DNA of 64,000 nucleotides from an uncultured Chthonomonadaceae bacterium (GCA_963817895.1 CAWFQB010000003.1:128001-192000), one strand, 5' to 3'; shown: positions 40,795-52,057, counted from the first letter of the stretch. Notes: a model not told the origin generated them from the sequence alone. Numbers and translations: made by a program.

Positions 40795-41774
40795 CACACT
40801 TATTGGTTTTGGCGGAAACGGATGGCGCGCGCATATTGCCGGGATCAGGGGCCGCGATTGCACTTGCGCAGCAGATAGCAACGACAACGGGCGGCGATTT
40901 TACTTTGCTGATTGCCAGCGGCGCAGAGATAAATACGCAAGCGGAAGATTGGCGCGGCTTTGGAGCCGTTCAGGTATTGGTGGCAGCCCTGCCGGAACTG
41001 GCGCATCCAACGGCGGATCGCGTGGCGGCAGTGTGCGTTCAAGCGATGCGGCAAATTCAGGCCGATGTTCTGGCAGGCGTATCCTCGTCTTTCGGGCGTG
41101 ACGTATTGCCCCGCGTCGCCGCCCTGCTCGATCTGCCCATGCTGTCAGATGTGATTGGAGTAGGGAAAAGTGAGGAAACAGTACCCTTCTACCAATTAAC
41201 CTTTGAGCGGCCTATGTACGCGGGGAACATTGTCGCGACCGTGCAGATTGACGGGGAGAAAGCCGTATTGTCCGCGCGGGGAACGGCGTTTGGACAGCCG
41301 AATAGAGCCGAAACCGTCAGCGAACTACAGAATTTGGACGTAGACGTGGCTGCGCTGCCGACGGGCGTAACGTGGATCGGGTTGGAGGGCGGGGAACAGA
41401 CGCGCCCGGAACTCACGTCTGCGCCCGTTGTGGTTTCGGGCGGGCTTCCCCTGCGCGACGCGGCTACATTCGAGCAGCTTGTTGGCGGGTTGGCTGACAA
41501 GTTGGGCGGCGCGGTTGGCGCGACACGGGCGGCGGTAGATGGCGGCCTTGCGCCCAACGAGTTGCAGGTGGGGCAGACCGGCAAGGTTGTCGCGCCCAAT
41601 CTGTATATCGCGGTGGGGATTTCCGGCAGCGTCCAGCATTTGGCGGGCATGAAGGATTCCAAAACTATCGTCGCTATCAACACCAACCCGGACGCGCCCA
41701 TTTTCGAGGTCGCGGACTACGGCCTTGTCGCCGATCTGCACACGGCTCTTCCCGAACTGATTGCGAAACTGTAA
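40791..41774 (+). CDS. etfA: electron transfer flavoprotein alpha subunit
   Basis: RPMYAGN and [29 protein letters not shown] motifs. Confidence 0.93.
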   Translation: MTHLLVLAETDGARILPGSGAAIALAQQIATTTGGDFTLLIASGAEINTQAEDWRGFGAVQVLVAALPELAHPTADRVAAVCVQAMRQIQADVLAGVSSSFGRDVLPRVAALLDLPMLSDVIGVGKSEETVPFYQLTFERPMYAGNIVATVQIDGEKAVLSARGTAFGQPNRAETVSELQNLDVDVAALPTGVTWIGLEGGEQTRPELTSAPVVVSGGLPLRDAATFEQLVGGLADKLGGAVGATRAAVDGGLAPNELQVGQTGKVVAPNLYIAVGISGSVQHLAGMKDSKTIVAINTNPDAPIFEVADYGLVADLHTALPELIAKL

Positions 41775-41779
41775 ATGCA

Positions 41780-41897
41780 AGGTTTTAGGGTTTTAGGGTT
41801 CTATGGTTTTAGGAAATAGGTTCCAGTTTGCGCCTTTTTCCCTAAAACCCTAAAACCCTAAAACCCTAAAACCCTAAAACCCTAAAACCCTAAAACC
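41780..41897. repeat. palindromic octamer element (TTTTAGGG/CCCTAAAA)
   Basis: About four degenerate units on the left and about seven perfect units on the right. Confidence 0.88.
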
Positions 41898-41903
41898 TGA
41901 CCT

Positions 41904-43946
41904 ATGCCAACAAGAACCATCTTTTTTCATATCTCCGGCGCGCAGCAGTCCGTGTTTTACACGCTGTCGGTTGTCGCGCTGGCGGTTTGCGTGTGGGGCG
42001 TATTGCGCCGGATTTTGTTGTGGCGGCAGGGGCAACCTGTTCCTAAAATGCAGGATTGGCCCGCCCGCCTGAAAACGCTGTTCGATCAGGCGGTTGCGCA
42101 CCGGAGGACGCGGCGGCGCAGAGTGGCGGGCTGGTTTCACGCGCTGATTTTCTTTGGCATGGGCGTATTGTTCATCGGCACGAATATCGTCAGCGTGGAA
42201 CACTATGGCGCGTTTTTCTTTGGCGAACACTGGCTGTACCGGGGCTGGTTTTATCTGCTATGCAAACTAACCATGGACGTGTTCGGATTGGGGCTGATTG
42301 TGGGAACGGCTATGGCGCTGATACGGCGGCACAGTCCCCATTCTCCCAATCTGAACCACTCGTGGAAGGACGACGCTTTTCTTCTGCTTCTGCTGGCGGC
42401 AACGATAAGCGGCTTCATGCTGGAAGGGGCGGGACTGGAAGCCGACCCGAAACGCGCTCCGTACATGGCGTTTTCTCCGGTTGGCGCACTTTTCGCCCGC
42501 TCGTACCACGCGCTACACTTCCTCACGCCCGCCAATTACATGCTGCTGTGGTGGCTTCACGCGCCGCTTGTGCTTGGCGTGATTGCCGCGCTTCCGTATG
42601 GACGCTGGCTGCATCTGTTTGTCGCGCCGCTCAGAATCGCGTTTCAGCCCGAACGTCCGATGGGCGCGCTGGAACCGGTGGCGATGGCAAAGGTCGAGGA
42701 GACGGGCCGTATCGGATTGGGCGCGATTGCCGATATGGACCGCTGGATGCTGATGAGTCTGGACGCCTGCATGGAGTGCGGGCGGTGTACGGACGTATGC
42801 CCGGCAAACGCGGTCGGCAAGGAACTCAACCCCAAACAGGTCGTGCTGGATTTGCGCCGATTGATGGGCGAAAAGTCTCCGGCGGCAACCGAAGCGGACG
42901 CGCAGGCGCAGGCAGACGGAGTTCCTATTGTCAACAGCCCGTCAACAGATGTGATTTCGGATGAGTTGCTATGGGCGTGTACCAATTGCCATGCCTGCGT
43001 GCGCGAATGTCCCGCGCTGATTCGGCATGTGGATATTCTGGACGGCATCCGGCGGTTCCGGGTGGCCGAAGGGCGTTTATCGGGAAGCGCGGCGACCATG
43101 CTGCGGCAATTGGGCAGCCGCGAAAACCCATGGGGCCTGCCCGGTTCGCAGCGTCTGGATTGGGCGAAAGACCTGAATATACAAACCGCCTCGCCAACGG
43201 ACGAGCGCGAGGTGTTGCTGTGGGTGGGGTGCGCGGGCGCGTTCGATGCGCGGGCGCAGAAAACCGTTCGCGCCCTTGCGCAACTGTTGCAGCAGGCGGG
43301 CGTCAAGTTTACGGTTCTTGGCCCGAAAGAGCGCTGCAACGGCGACCCGGCGCGGCGAACGGGCGACGAGTTTCTGTTTCAGCAACTTGCCGAAGCGAAT
43401 GTTGCCACGCTGGATGGCATTGCCGCGAAACAGGTAGTCACCTCCTGCCCGCACTGCTTCCACACACTGAAAAACGAGTACCCGCAGTTCGGCGGCAACT
43501 ACGACGTGATGCACCACACGCAGTTTTTGGAGCAGCTTGTCGAGGCCGGACGCCTGAAACTGCCCGCCACTTTCGCGAATACCGTCACGTACCACGACCC
43601 CTGTTTTCTGGCCCGCGTCAACGGCGAAACGTCCGCGCCCCGCAAACTGCTGAACGGCGCGTCCGTGATTCCGCTTGTGGAAATGGAACGGCGGGAAAGC
43701 AAAACCTTCTGCTGCGGCGCGGGCGGCGGGCGCATGTGGATGGAAGAGCCGCCCAATCAGCGTCCGGGCAAAAACCGCGCGGAAGAGATCGTGGCGACGG
43801 GCGCGAAAACGGTTGCCGTCGGCTGTCCCTTTTGCAAAGTGATGGTGGGCGACAGTCTCGCGCAGGTGGCCGGGGAAGCCGCGCCGCCGGTCATGGATGT
43901 GGCCGAAGTGATGCTTGCGGCGATACAGAATCAACCCGTTGTCTAA
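41904..43946 (+). CDS. membrane-bound Fe-S oxidoreductase (FadF/heterodisulfide-reductase-like)
   Basis: Transmembrane N-terminus, two CxxCxxCxxxCP motifs, CCG domains (YHDPC, CCGAGGG). Confidence 0.9.
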   Translation: MPTRTIFFHISGAQQSVFYTLSVVALAVCVWGVLRRILLWRQGQPVPKMQDWPARLKTLFDQAVAHRRTRRRRVAGWFHALIFFGMGVLFIGTNIVSVEHYGAFFFGEHWLYRGWFYLLCKLTMDVFGLGLIVGTAMALIRRHSPHSPNLNHSWKDDAFLLLLLAATISGFMLEGAGLEADPKRAPYMAFSPVGALFARSYHALHFLTPANYMLLWWLHAPLVLGVIAALPYGRWLHLFVAPLRIAFQPERPMGALEPVAMAKVEETGRIGLGAIADMDRWMLMSLDACMECGRCTDVCPANAVGKELNPKQVVLDLRRLMGEKSPAATEADAQAQADGVPIVNSPSTDVISDELLWACTNCHACVRECPALIRHVDILDGIRRFRVAEGRLSGSAATMLRQLGSRENPWGLPGSQRLDWAKDLNIQTASPTDEREVLLWVGCAGAFDARAQKTVRALAQLLQQAGVKFTVLGPKERCNGDPARRTGDEFLFQQLAEANVATLDGIAAKQVVTSCPHCFHTLKNEYPQFGGNYDVMHHTQFLEQLVEAGRLKLPATFANTVTYHDPCFLARVNGETSAPRKLLNGASVIPLVEMERRESKTFCCGAGGGRMWMEEPPNQRPGKNRAEEIVATGAKTVAVGCPFCKVMVGDSLAQVAGEAAPPVMDVAEVMLAAIQNQPVV

Positions 43947-43982
43947 ACCCTGATGTCTGTCCTTGCAGGAACACAAAGCGCT

Positions 43983-44180
43983 ATGCGAACAGAAGATAAT
44001 CCAATTGCCACTGATAAGCGCGTACTGAATGGTGAACGCATGTTCTGGATTGTGGCCGGGATACTGGGGCTGATCTTCCTGCTGTATTTTATCGGCGCGT
44101 ATCGTTTCTCGGAACCTGCCCGCCGTCAGATGAGGGAGGAACGCTCACGATATTTCGGGCGCGGACTGCAAAGTTTCTGA
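43983..44180 (+). CDS. small single-TM hypothetical protein
   Basis: Short ORF with one hydrophobic helix filling the gap. Confidence 0.45.
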   Translation: MRTEDNPIATDKRVLNGERMFWIVAGILGLIFLLYFIGAYRFSEPARRQMREERSRYFGRGLQSF

Positions 44181-44198
44181 ACCGTCAAATGCCCATCT

Positions 44199-45218
44199 TT
44201 ATATCTTCTGTACCGCAAGCAGTTTGGGCGGTTTGGGCGCGATGCGGATCGGGTTGCGAAGGGGACGGCCATAACCTGCAAAGGTAACGGTCATATCGTC
44301 GCCGTCTTCCAATTTGATGCCGCTGCCGAAACTGAAGCCGCCCGTGCCAAAAAAGTGAACGTGCGCGTCACCGGGCTGTCGGTGCTGGTCGTACTTGAAG
44401 TGGTGATGTTCCAGATTTTCGAGCGTGTGTACCATGTTGTCTTCGCCGCTGACAATATTCTGTGACCAGAGCGTTTGCCCGGCGCGTTCCAGACTTGCCG
44501 TTCCGGGTACATCACCAAAATCACTGCTAAAGTTGTCGCTGATAACCAATTCCGGTCCCAGAGCGCAAGTTCGCAGTTTGGAGGGCGCGAGGTACAGATA
44601 GTTCTTCGCCTCCATTTCGTGATCGGAAAACTCGTTGCCCTGCGCGAACCCGATGCGCCGGGGCGTTCCGCTTGCATCTATAAGGTAAATCCCCGCGATC
44701 TCCGCCTCCTCGCCGCCGTCATCGGCAAAGTCCGGCACATCGAGCGGTTCGCCGTGCGCCCGCAAAATCGCCCCGCTTCCTTTGTAAAACCATTCCGGCT
44801 GCGCCCCGATTTCACCCCCTGCGGGACGCCCGCCTTCCAATCCCCATTCGTATATCCGCATACTGTCCGTGATTGGCGCGGCCTGTCCGGTTTGCGCGGC
44901 GTGCATCGCGTTGCGGTTGTCCGCGCTTTTGCGGTGTGTCAGGCCCGTGCCGCTGACCAGACAGCGGGCGGGTTCCTGCGGATGATCGAAGGCGGGCAGC
45001 AGTTTCCATTCGGATTGTCCCGCGTAAATGGCATCATAATCCAGCCTTGTCTTCGTAACGGCGCGTTCAATGATGGTAACAAGACGTTCGCCCTGATGCA
45101 GCGCGGCAAGGACGCAGGCGTACACTGAAGTATAGCCGTTGAGAAGGCGCAGTTGGCTGCCATCTACCTGCGCGACACGCCTCCCCTGCGCTTCCTGTTG
45201 TAGTTGTGCCAAACGCAT
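44199..45218 (-). CDS. AraD1/GguC-like FAH-fold protein
   Basis: GTGLTH, QPEWFYKG, DGGEE.E, GNEFSDH and HVHFFGT motifs. Confidence 0.85.
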   Translation of the reverse strand: MRLAQLQQEAQGRRVAQVDGSQLRLLNGYTSVYACVLAALHQGERLVTIIERAVTKTRLDYDAIYAGQSEWKLLPAFDHPQEPARCLVSGTGLTHRKSADNRNAMHAAQTGQAAPITDSMRIYEWGLEGGRPAGGEIGAQPEWFYKGSGAILRAHGEPLDVPDFADDGGEEAEIAGIYLIDASGTPRRIGFAQGNEFSDHEMEAKNYLYLAPSKLRTCALGPELVISDNFSSDFGDVPGTASLERAGQTLWSQNIVSGEDNMVHTLENLEHHHFKYDQHRQPGDAHVHFFGTGGFSFGSGIKLEDGDDMTVTFAGYGRPLRNPIRIAPKPPKLLAVQKI

Positions 45219-45329
45219 AGCGCGTATTCTCCTTTTTACATTTCACATTCAAAGCATTTTGCAGGTAAACTATTACTATCACCGACGATAATTTTACCGT
45301 TCCCGAACGCTTTTCAGGAGAACTTACGA

Positions 45330-46733
45330 ATGAAACACGCATTTTTACGTGTCGCCGCTGCCGGACTGCTCTGCTCGGCGGCAGGCGCGAACGTAGCGCA
45401 CGCGGCGCAGGACGACACTACGCCCACCGTCAAAGCCCCTGTGGTCAAAGCGCATTTAGGCAAAGCGCAGACGATCAAGCTGAAACTGGAACCGACCGGC
45501 GCTCCCGCCGGTGTCGGTTATATGCCGGTTGTTCTGGCCCTGAGCGCGGTCAAGCCTGCGACGATTACCAAAGAACCGACGTACAAAGGGACGCCCAAAT
45601 ACGGCGTGATTCATCTTGGCAGCGGCCCCAAAGCCGATATCCCATTCGCCGTAGACATGCCGACCGAGGGCGATTACAAGATTTATGTGGATAAGAACAA
45701 CAACGGCGACCTGACCGACGATGGCGATGGCGCGTGGAGCGCGAAACGCGAAGGACAACGGGCCATGTACGGCCTGAACCATTATGTGCTGCGCGCTTCT
45801 TACGGTACGCCCAAACGGGAAAAGGGTTCCGCGCCGTACGGCGTGGCGATGTACCAGTTTGCCGGTCAGGATCGCGTGATGATGTACCGGGAAGCCGGCG
45901 CGGTCGGCACAATCAAGCTGGATGGCAAGAAGCACAAGGTGGCCCTTGTGGAAAACGACGCCGACGCCCTGTTCGCCAAGCCGATTGACGACGAGGGCAA
46001 GCCCATTGCCGACAAGAAAAAGCCCGCCGAAACCGTGAAAGTGACCCGCCCCGTCTGGCTGTTCATTGACATGAACGATGACGGCAAATTCACCCGCGAT
46101 GAGATGATGGACGCCCGCGCCCCCTTCAAACTCGGCGACGCGGTTTACGAGCCGACCCTCACCGCCAATGGGACGCGGCTGAAATTGAAGCCCACAAACC
46201 GCGTGGCGTATGCGCCCAAACAGCCGGAAGCCCCCAAACTGCTGGCGGTGGGAAGTATGGCGCCCAACTTCACCGCGCAGGCTCCCGACGGGCATACCGT
46301 GCAGTTGTCCGATTACCGGGGCAAAGTAGTGATTCTGGACTTCTGGGCAACATGGTGCGGGCCGTGCCAACTCTCCATGCCGCATATTCAGCAGGTACAC
46401 CAGTTGGTCAAAGACAAGAATGTGGCCGTGCTGGGCTTGTGCGTGTGGGACACCAAAGCCGAATACGACAAGTGGATGCCGCTGCACAAGGAGCAGTACA
46501 CGTTTGAATTCGCCTTTGATCCCGCCGCTACCGACAACGCGAAAAGCATTGCCAGCAGCCTGTACAAAGTGAGCGGAATTCCCACGACGTACATCATTGA
46601 CAAAGACGGCAAAGTGGTAGACGCGATTGTCGGCTACGAAAAGGGCGACAAGCGCGTGGAAGTGGCGCTGAAAAAGACCGGGCTGGATATGGACACCCAA
46701 ACGGCTTCCATCAAAACCGCTTCCAGCAAGTAA
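45330..46733 (+). CDS. secreted TlpA-family thiol-disulfide oxidoreductase with large N-terminal domain
   Basis: Signal peptide; DFWATWCGPC and GIPTTYIIDKDG motifs. Confidence 0.88.
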   Translation: MKHAFLRVAAAGLLCSAAGANVAHAAQDDTTPTVKAPVVKAHLGKAQTIKLKLEPTGAPAGVGYMPVVLALSAVKPATITKEPTYKGTPKYGVIHLGSGPKADIPFAVDMPTEGDYKIYVDKNNNGDLTDDGDGAWSAKREGQRAMYGLNHYVLRASYGTPKREKGSAPYGVAMYQFAGQDRVMMYREAGAVGTIKLDGKKHKVALVENDADALFAKPIDDEGKPIADKKKPAETVKVTRPVWLFIDMNDDGKFTRDEMMDARAPFKLGDAVYEPTLTANGTRLKLKPTNRVAYAPKQPEAPKLLAVGSMAPNFTAQAPDGHTVQLSDYRGKVVILDFWATWCGPCQLSMPHIQQVHQLVKDKNVAVLGLCVWDTKAEYDKWMPLHKEQYTFEFAFDPAATDNAKSIASSLYKVSGIPTTYIIDKDGKVVDAIVGYEKGDKRVEVALKKTGLDMDTQTASIKTASSK

Positions 46734-46752
46734 TCCTCCTACGGAATGTGCC

Positions 46753-47061
46753 ATGCCCATTTATGAATTCGTCTGCGCCCAATGTCAGCGCAAATTTCGC
46801 AAACTGGTCGGCGTGGTCGCCAATGAGCGCCCACTGCAATGCCCCCGCTGTCAGTCCCCGGAGGCAAAGCGTCTTATCAGCCGCTTTTCCCGCGTTCGGG
46901 GCGAAGACGCATCGTTCGACGCCCTTGCCGACGAGATGGAGGGCATGGACGAGAACGATCCCAAAGCCATGCGGCGCATGATGCGCGAAATGGGCAAGGA
47001 GATGGGCGAAGACATGGAAGAAGACTTCGAGCAGATGATGGAGGAAGAGGAGAGGGGTTAG
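46753..47061 (+). CDS. FmdB-family zinc-ribbon protein
   Basis: MPIYEFVC..C...CPRC, acidic tail. Confidence 0.88.
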   Translation: MPIYEFVCAQCQRKFRKLVGVVANERPLQCPRCQSPEAKRLISRFSRVRGEDASFDALADEMEGMDENDPKAMRRMMREMGKEMGEDMEEDFEQMMEEEERG

Positions 47062-47180
47062 TTGTTAGGTTGTAGGTTTTAGTTGTTAGATTCAGGTAGA
47101 CGCAAGAATATCTGTTTGATAGCGCCGTCTTCACTGAAACCTTACACCGCAAGTAAACTAGACGAGCCTGTCTGCTACTC

Positions 47181-48330
47181 TCAAACGGGCCCCGCTTGCA
47201 GAGGGCGAACACGCCCTGTAACTTTACCTGACGCTCTACTTCCCTTACGCATATACGACTCGGCAGGCGCGATTTCCAGCACCAGCCGCTCTACCGCGCG
47301 TCCGTCGCGGCGCAGGATGGCGAGCGGGGTTGTGACGCCGATGCGCTCTTCGGCCAGATGCCGCAGCAGATCATCCACGCTGCCAACGGGCTTGCTGTCC
47401 AGCGCGACAATCACATCGCCTTCGCGCAGCCCCGCCTTTTGCGCGGGGCTGTTCGGCTCAATGGTCTGTACCAGAACGCCACTGTCCACGAGCAGACTGA
47501 ACTGGCGGGTCGCAGCCGGGGCAGTTCCACGTTCATTCCACCCACGCCGATGTAACTGCGCCGAACACGCCCCTCTTTAATCAGTTTCATGGCGACGAAT
47601 TTGGCCGTGTTGATGGCAATGGCGAAACACAATCCCTGCGCGGGCAGAATTGTGGCCGTATTCACCCCAATCACTTCCCCGAACGAGTTTACCAGCGGCC
47701 CGCCCGAATTGCCCGGATTGAGCGCGGCATCCGTTTGAATAATGTTGTCCATCAGTCGCCCCGCATTGCCCCGCAATGACCGCCCCAACGCGCTGACCAC
47801 GCCCGCCGTGACCGTGTACTGGAAGCCGTAGGGGTTGCCAATCGCGATCGCGAGTTGCCCTACCCGCAGAGGCGGATGAGTTGCCCAACCGCGCGGGAAT
47901 CAGGTCGGGCGCGTCAATGCGAATCACGGCTAAATCCGTGTCCGGGTCGTCGCCGATGAGTTCCGCCACGATAATGCCGTCCGTCCGAAAACAAAACTTC
48001 GATTTTCTTCGCCTCATGGACAACATGACTGTTGGTTAAGATGTAGCCGTCCGGCGTGAACACAAACCCGGAACCGCTGCCCTTCACCTCCTGCCCACTA
48101 CGCGGGTCACGCCCATTCCCCCGATGTCCCGGCTGTCTGCCCTGCCGCGCCTGTTGCGTCACCTCAATGAACACAACAGACGGGCTGACCCGCTCCGAAG
48201 CATGAACAACAGCGCGGGAGTAAGCGTCCAGCAATATTCCGTCGTTTACGGCTTCCCCTGCCTGTTCAGGACGCGCGTTTTCAGCCGCCGCGCTGTTATT
48301 TCCACTCAAATATTCCACTGCGCCCTGCAT
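47181..48330 (-). CDS. HtrA-family serine protease with PDZ; several frameshifts
   Basis: [29 protein letters not shown] and [12 protein letters not shown] motifs. Confidence 0.88.
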
Positions 48331-48750
48331 GTTCGCGCTCGCTTTCTTTGGTCGTCACCGACATATCCAATAATTTAGAATTAGGACGAGACGGTACTAA
48401 TATCAGATGCTATATTCACTCATACGCGCAGAACGCAGGGATAAATGCTGCTCCAAAGGTTAGGCATCTTTACGAACGGTACGCGAACAGTTTATTTTGC
48501 AGCGATTAATTCATCGTGTAGGGGCTTGATTCATCAAGCCCGTGCCACAATGTTGAACTTGAAAACTATTTGTCCGTAAGTCTCTTGTTCGCCGCAAACC
48601 CAAAAAGTATTTAGCAGCCGCGCATAAAAATTGCGCGTGGTTGCGCAGGAATCTGCTTCGCAAAGCATAATATAGCCTTAACATCGTGCAGCGTTCTGCT
48701 GTATCGGCGTTAAGGCTTGTTTCTTTCTGTCTTGCGAGGAGAGTGAAACG

Positions 48751-50829
48751 ATGAAAAGCTATGGAATTGAGGCGCTCCGCAATGTCGGGCTATTCGGGCA
48801 TCAGGGGGCGGGCAAAACGTCGCTGGCGGAGGCGTTGCTGTACACCTCTGGCGCCCTCGACCGCCTGGGCCGTTCCGATGATGGGACGGCGACCACCGAC
48901 TTTGACCCGGAAGAACAAAAACGGCGCATCAGCATCAACGTCGCGCTGGCTCCGTGCGAATGGCACAACACGAAAATCAACATCGTGGACGTGCCGGGCT
49001 ATCTGGATTTTGCCTGCGAAGTGAAAAGCGCGCTGTGCGTGGTGGAAGCGGCGATTCTGGTCACGCCCGCGCAGGGGGAACCCGAAGTCGGGTTTGAGAT
49101 CGCGTGGGAACTGGCGTCCGCGCAGAATCTGCCCCGCGCCGTGTTCGTCAACAAAATGGATCGCGAAAACGCCGAATTTGCGCAGGTTCTGCAAGGGCTG
49201 CGGACGCGCTACGGCAACATCATCGCGCCCGTGCAGTTGCCCATCGGCAGCGCGGACAAATTTGTGGGCGTGATTGATCTGGTGGAGATGAAGGCGTTTG
49301 TGGGAACCGGCAAGGACGTCGAGTGTTCCGAAATTCCCGCCGAATGTCTGGAAGAGGCGCGGCGGTATCGCGAACTGCTGGTCGAATCCGCTGCGGAAGG
49401 CGACGACGAACTGATTGAAAAGTTTTTGAACGGCGAAACGCTGACACACGATGAGGTTGTGCGCGGTCTGCACGAGGGCATTGACGCGGGCAAAGTGGTT
49501 CCGGTTTTGTGCGGTTCGGCTTCCCGCGACATCGGCATGACCGACCTGCTGGACATCATCGTTCACGAATTCCCCAACCCCGTCGAAATCGAACACATTC
49601 ACGGTACACACCCGCAGACCGGCAGGGAAGAGACGCGCCACGCTACGGACAAAGACGCCGTATGCGCCCTCGTGTTCAAGACCATTGCCGACCCATTTTT
49701 GGGGACGCTCAACTATTTCCGGGTTATGTCCGGCGTTTTGAAAGGCGGCGCGAACCTGCTCAATTCGAGCCGGGGGCGGGAAGAGCGTATCGGGCAGATT
49801 TACTACGCGCGGGGCAAAAATCAGGAGGTCACGGCGGAAATTCACGCGGGCGACATTGGCGTGACCGCGAAACTGGCGGATACGCGCACGGGCGATACGC
49901 TGTGCGACCCGGCTCGCCCGATTGTCCTTGACGGACTGGAAATTCCCGAACCGCTGTTTGAGCAGGCGGTTGTGGCAAAATCCAAAGTGGATGAGGATAA
50001 AATGGGACCGGCTTTGCAGCGCGTGGCGGTTTCCGATCCCGCGTTTCAGTTCCATCGGGACGTGGAAACCGGACAGACGATTTTATGTGGCGCGGGCGAA
50101 ACCCATCTGGCGATTGTGATCGAGCGGCTGAAAAAGTTCGGTTCCAACGTGGAAGTAGTCGAGCGCAAAGTGCCGTACCGCGAAACCATTGCGGCGAAAG
50201 CGGAGGGGCAGGGGCGGCACAAAAAGCAAACGGGCGGCAGGGGACAGTTCGGCGACTGCTGGATACGCATGGAACCCAATCCGGCAGGCGGTATAGAGTT
50301 TGTAGACGCCATTGTCGGCGGTTCCATTCCGCGCCAGTACATTCCGGCTGTGGAAAAGGGCGTCCGGCAGGCGGCGCAAACGGGTATACAGGCGGGCTAT
50401 CCGACCGTTGATATAAAGATAACGGTGTACGACGGCTCGTACCATGATGTGGATTCGTCGGAAGCGGCATTTATCATGGCGGGTATACAGGCGTTCAACA
50501 GCGTCGCGCTGAAATCCAGCCCGGTTCTGAAAGAGCCGATCATGAATCTGGAAGTGACCATTCCCGACAACATGCTCGGCGGCGTCATGACCGACCTGAC
50601 GGGCAAACGGGGGCGCGTTGTCGGCACCGAAGACATTGGCGGGGGCAAAAAGCGCCTGAAAGCGACCGTGCCGCAGGCCGAAATGCTGCGCTACGCCATT
50701 GACCTGCGCTCCATCACGCGGGGACACGGCACATTCACCGCCTCGCTGTCACACTACGAGGAGGTGCCTTCACATCTGATGGCAGGCATTGTCGCCAGCC
50801 ACAAGAAGGAACACGCCGGGGAACACTAA
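48751..50829 (+). CDS. fusA: elongation factor G-like protein (EF-G2 type)
   Basis: GHQGAGKT, DVPG, NKMD, HKKQTGGRGQFG and DGSYHDVDSS; divergent G1 motif and located outside the str operon. Confidence 0.9.
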   Translation: MKSYGIEALRNVGLFGHQGAGKTSLAEALLYTSGALDRLGRSDDGTATTDFDPEEQKRRISINVALAPCEWHNTKINIVDVPGYLDFACEVKSALCVVEAAILVTPAQGEPEVGFEIAWELASAQNLPRAVFVNKMDRENAEFAQVLQGLRTRYGNIIAPVQLPIGSADKFVGVIDLVEMKAFVGTGKDVECSEIPAECLEEARRYRELLVESAAEGDDELIEKFLNGETLTHDEVVRGLHEGIDAGKVVPVLCGSASRDIGMTDLLDIIVHEFPNPVEIEHIHGTHPQTGREETRHATDKDAVCALVFKTIADPFLGTLNYFRVMSGVLKGGANLLNSSRGREERIGQIYYARGKNQEVTAEIHAGDIGVTAKLADTRTGDTLCDPARPIVLDGLEIPEPLFEQAVVAKSKVDEDKMGPALQRVAVSDPAFQFHRDVETGQTILCGAGETHLAIVIERLKKFGSNVEVVERKVPYRETIAAKAEGQGRHKKQTGGRGQFGDCWIRMEPNPAGGIEFVDAIVGGSIPRQYIPAVEKGVRQAAQTGIQAGYPTVDIKITVYDGSYHDVDSSEAAFIMAGIQAFNSVALKSSPVLKEPIMNLEVTIPDNMLGGVMTDLTGKRGRVVGTEDIGGGKKRLKATVPQAEMLRYAIDLRSITRGHGTFTASLSHYEEVPSHLMAGIVASHKKEHAGEH

Positions 50830-50926
50830 TATGCGGGACTGAAAGCTGAAAGCAACCCTCATCCTCGCCCCTTCTCCCGGTATTGGGAGAAGGGGGCATT
50901 TTTTATGCTATCATTAAAACCACTAT

Positions 50927-52006
50927 ATGCAGGCAACAGTGTCAGGCAGTCGCAGGAAAGCAGAAAACGACAGGCAAAAGGCAGAAAATATGAGTGACGC
51001 GAATCTGAGTTCCAATATACCCGACATAGACCATGACCGTTTGTTCAAGCTGCTGCTGACGACGTTCTTTGTGGATTTCGTCGCCCTGTTCCTGCCGGAC
51101 GTGAGCGCGAAAATGGATGCGGGCAGCGTGGAGTTCCTCGAACAGGAAGTCTTCACCGACCTTCATTCAGGCGAAAAGCACATCGTAGACATTCTGGTGA
51201 AGGTGAGACTGGCAGGCGAAGAAACGTGTCTGCTGATCCATGTGGAGAACCAAGCGTCCTCCAAAGCGGAGTTCGCGTTGCGCATGTTCACCTACTTTGC
51301 GCGTTTGCACGAGAAGTATGGCTTGCCCATCCTGCCTGTCGCCCTGCTGTCCTTCGACACGCCCCAACGCGCCGAGACGAACAAGTATGTCGTTCAGGTT
51401 CCCGGCCTGCGCGTGCTGGACTTCCGCTTTCGCGCCATTCAACTCAACCGCCTGCCCTGGCGCAGATTTATGCGGCAGGCCAACCCGGTTGCCGTCGCGT
51501 TGATGAGCAAAATGAAGATCGCGCCGAGCGACCAGAAGCGGGTGAAGTTGCAATGCCTGCGCCTGCTGCTCACCTTGCAGCTTGATCCGGCGAAATCGGA
51601 CTTGATTTTCCTGTTTATGGAAACGTACCTGAGATTAAATACAACCGATGAGCAGTGGTATCAACAGCATGTCGCGGAACTAACGACAACGGAAAAGGAG
51701 AAAACCATGGAACTAATGAGCAGTGTGGGCCGCGAAGCCTGGCGCAAAGGCATGGAAGAGGGACGGCAAGTGGGACGTTTACAAGGACAGCAGGAGGGCC
51801 GGCAGGAGGGACGGCAAGAGGGCCGGCAGGAGGGAGTGACGGCGGTAATCTCTCTTTTGTTGCAGCGCAAGTTCGGCTCGGTTCCTCCTGCGTTGCAGCA
51901 GCGTATTCAGACGCTGACGCCTGCCAATGCTGAAGCGTTGGCGGCAGAACTGCTTGGCAACATCACGCTTGCCGATGTGGAGGCCTGGCTGAACCGCGTA
52001 GCCTGA
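50927..52006 (+). CDS. Rpn-family recombination-promoting nuclease-like / DUF4351 protein
   Basis: DHDRLFK, DILVK, LIHVENQ, GRQE repeats and LLQRKFG; start at 50927 or 50990. Confidence 0.85.
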   Translation: MQATVSGSRRKAENDRQKAENMSDANLSSNIPDIDHDRLFKLLLTTFFVDFVALFLPDVSAKMDAGSVEFLEQEVFTDLHSGEKHIVDILVKVRLAGEETCLLIHVENQASSKAEFALRMFTYFARLHEKYGLPILPVALLSFDTPQRAETNKYVVQVPGLRVLDFRFRAIQLNRLPWRRFMRQANPVAVALMSKMKIAPSDQKRVKLQCLRLLLTLQLDPAKSDLIFLFMETYLRLNTTDEQWYQQHVAELTTTEKEKTMELMSSVGREAWRKGMEEGRQVGRLQGQQEGRQEGRQEGRQEGVTAVISLLLQRKFGSVPPALQQRIQTLTPANAEALAAELLGNITLADVEAWLNRVA

Positions 52007-52057
52007 AACCAATCCGGCCCGGGTTGATTAGTAGACCCGCATTGAACATTTAACAAG

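Noticed and set aside
51758..51835. 12-bp tandem repeats in the Rpn gene
   Set aside because: They encode the GRQE/EG repeats typical of this protein family and are not a separate element.
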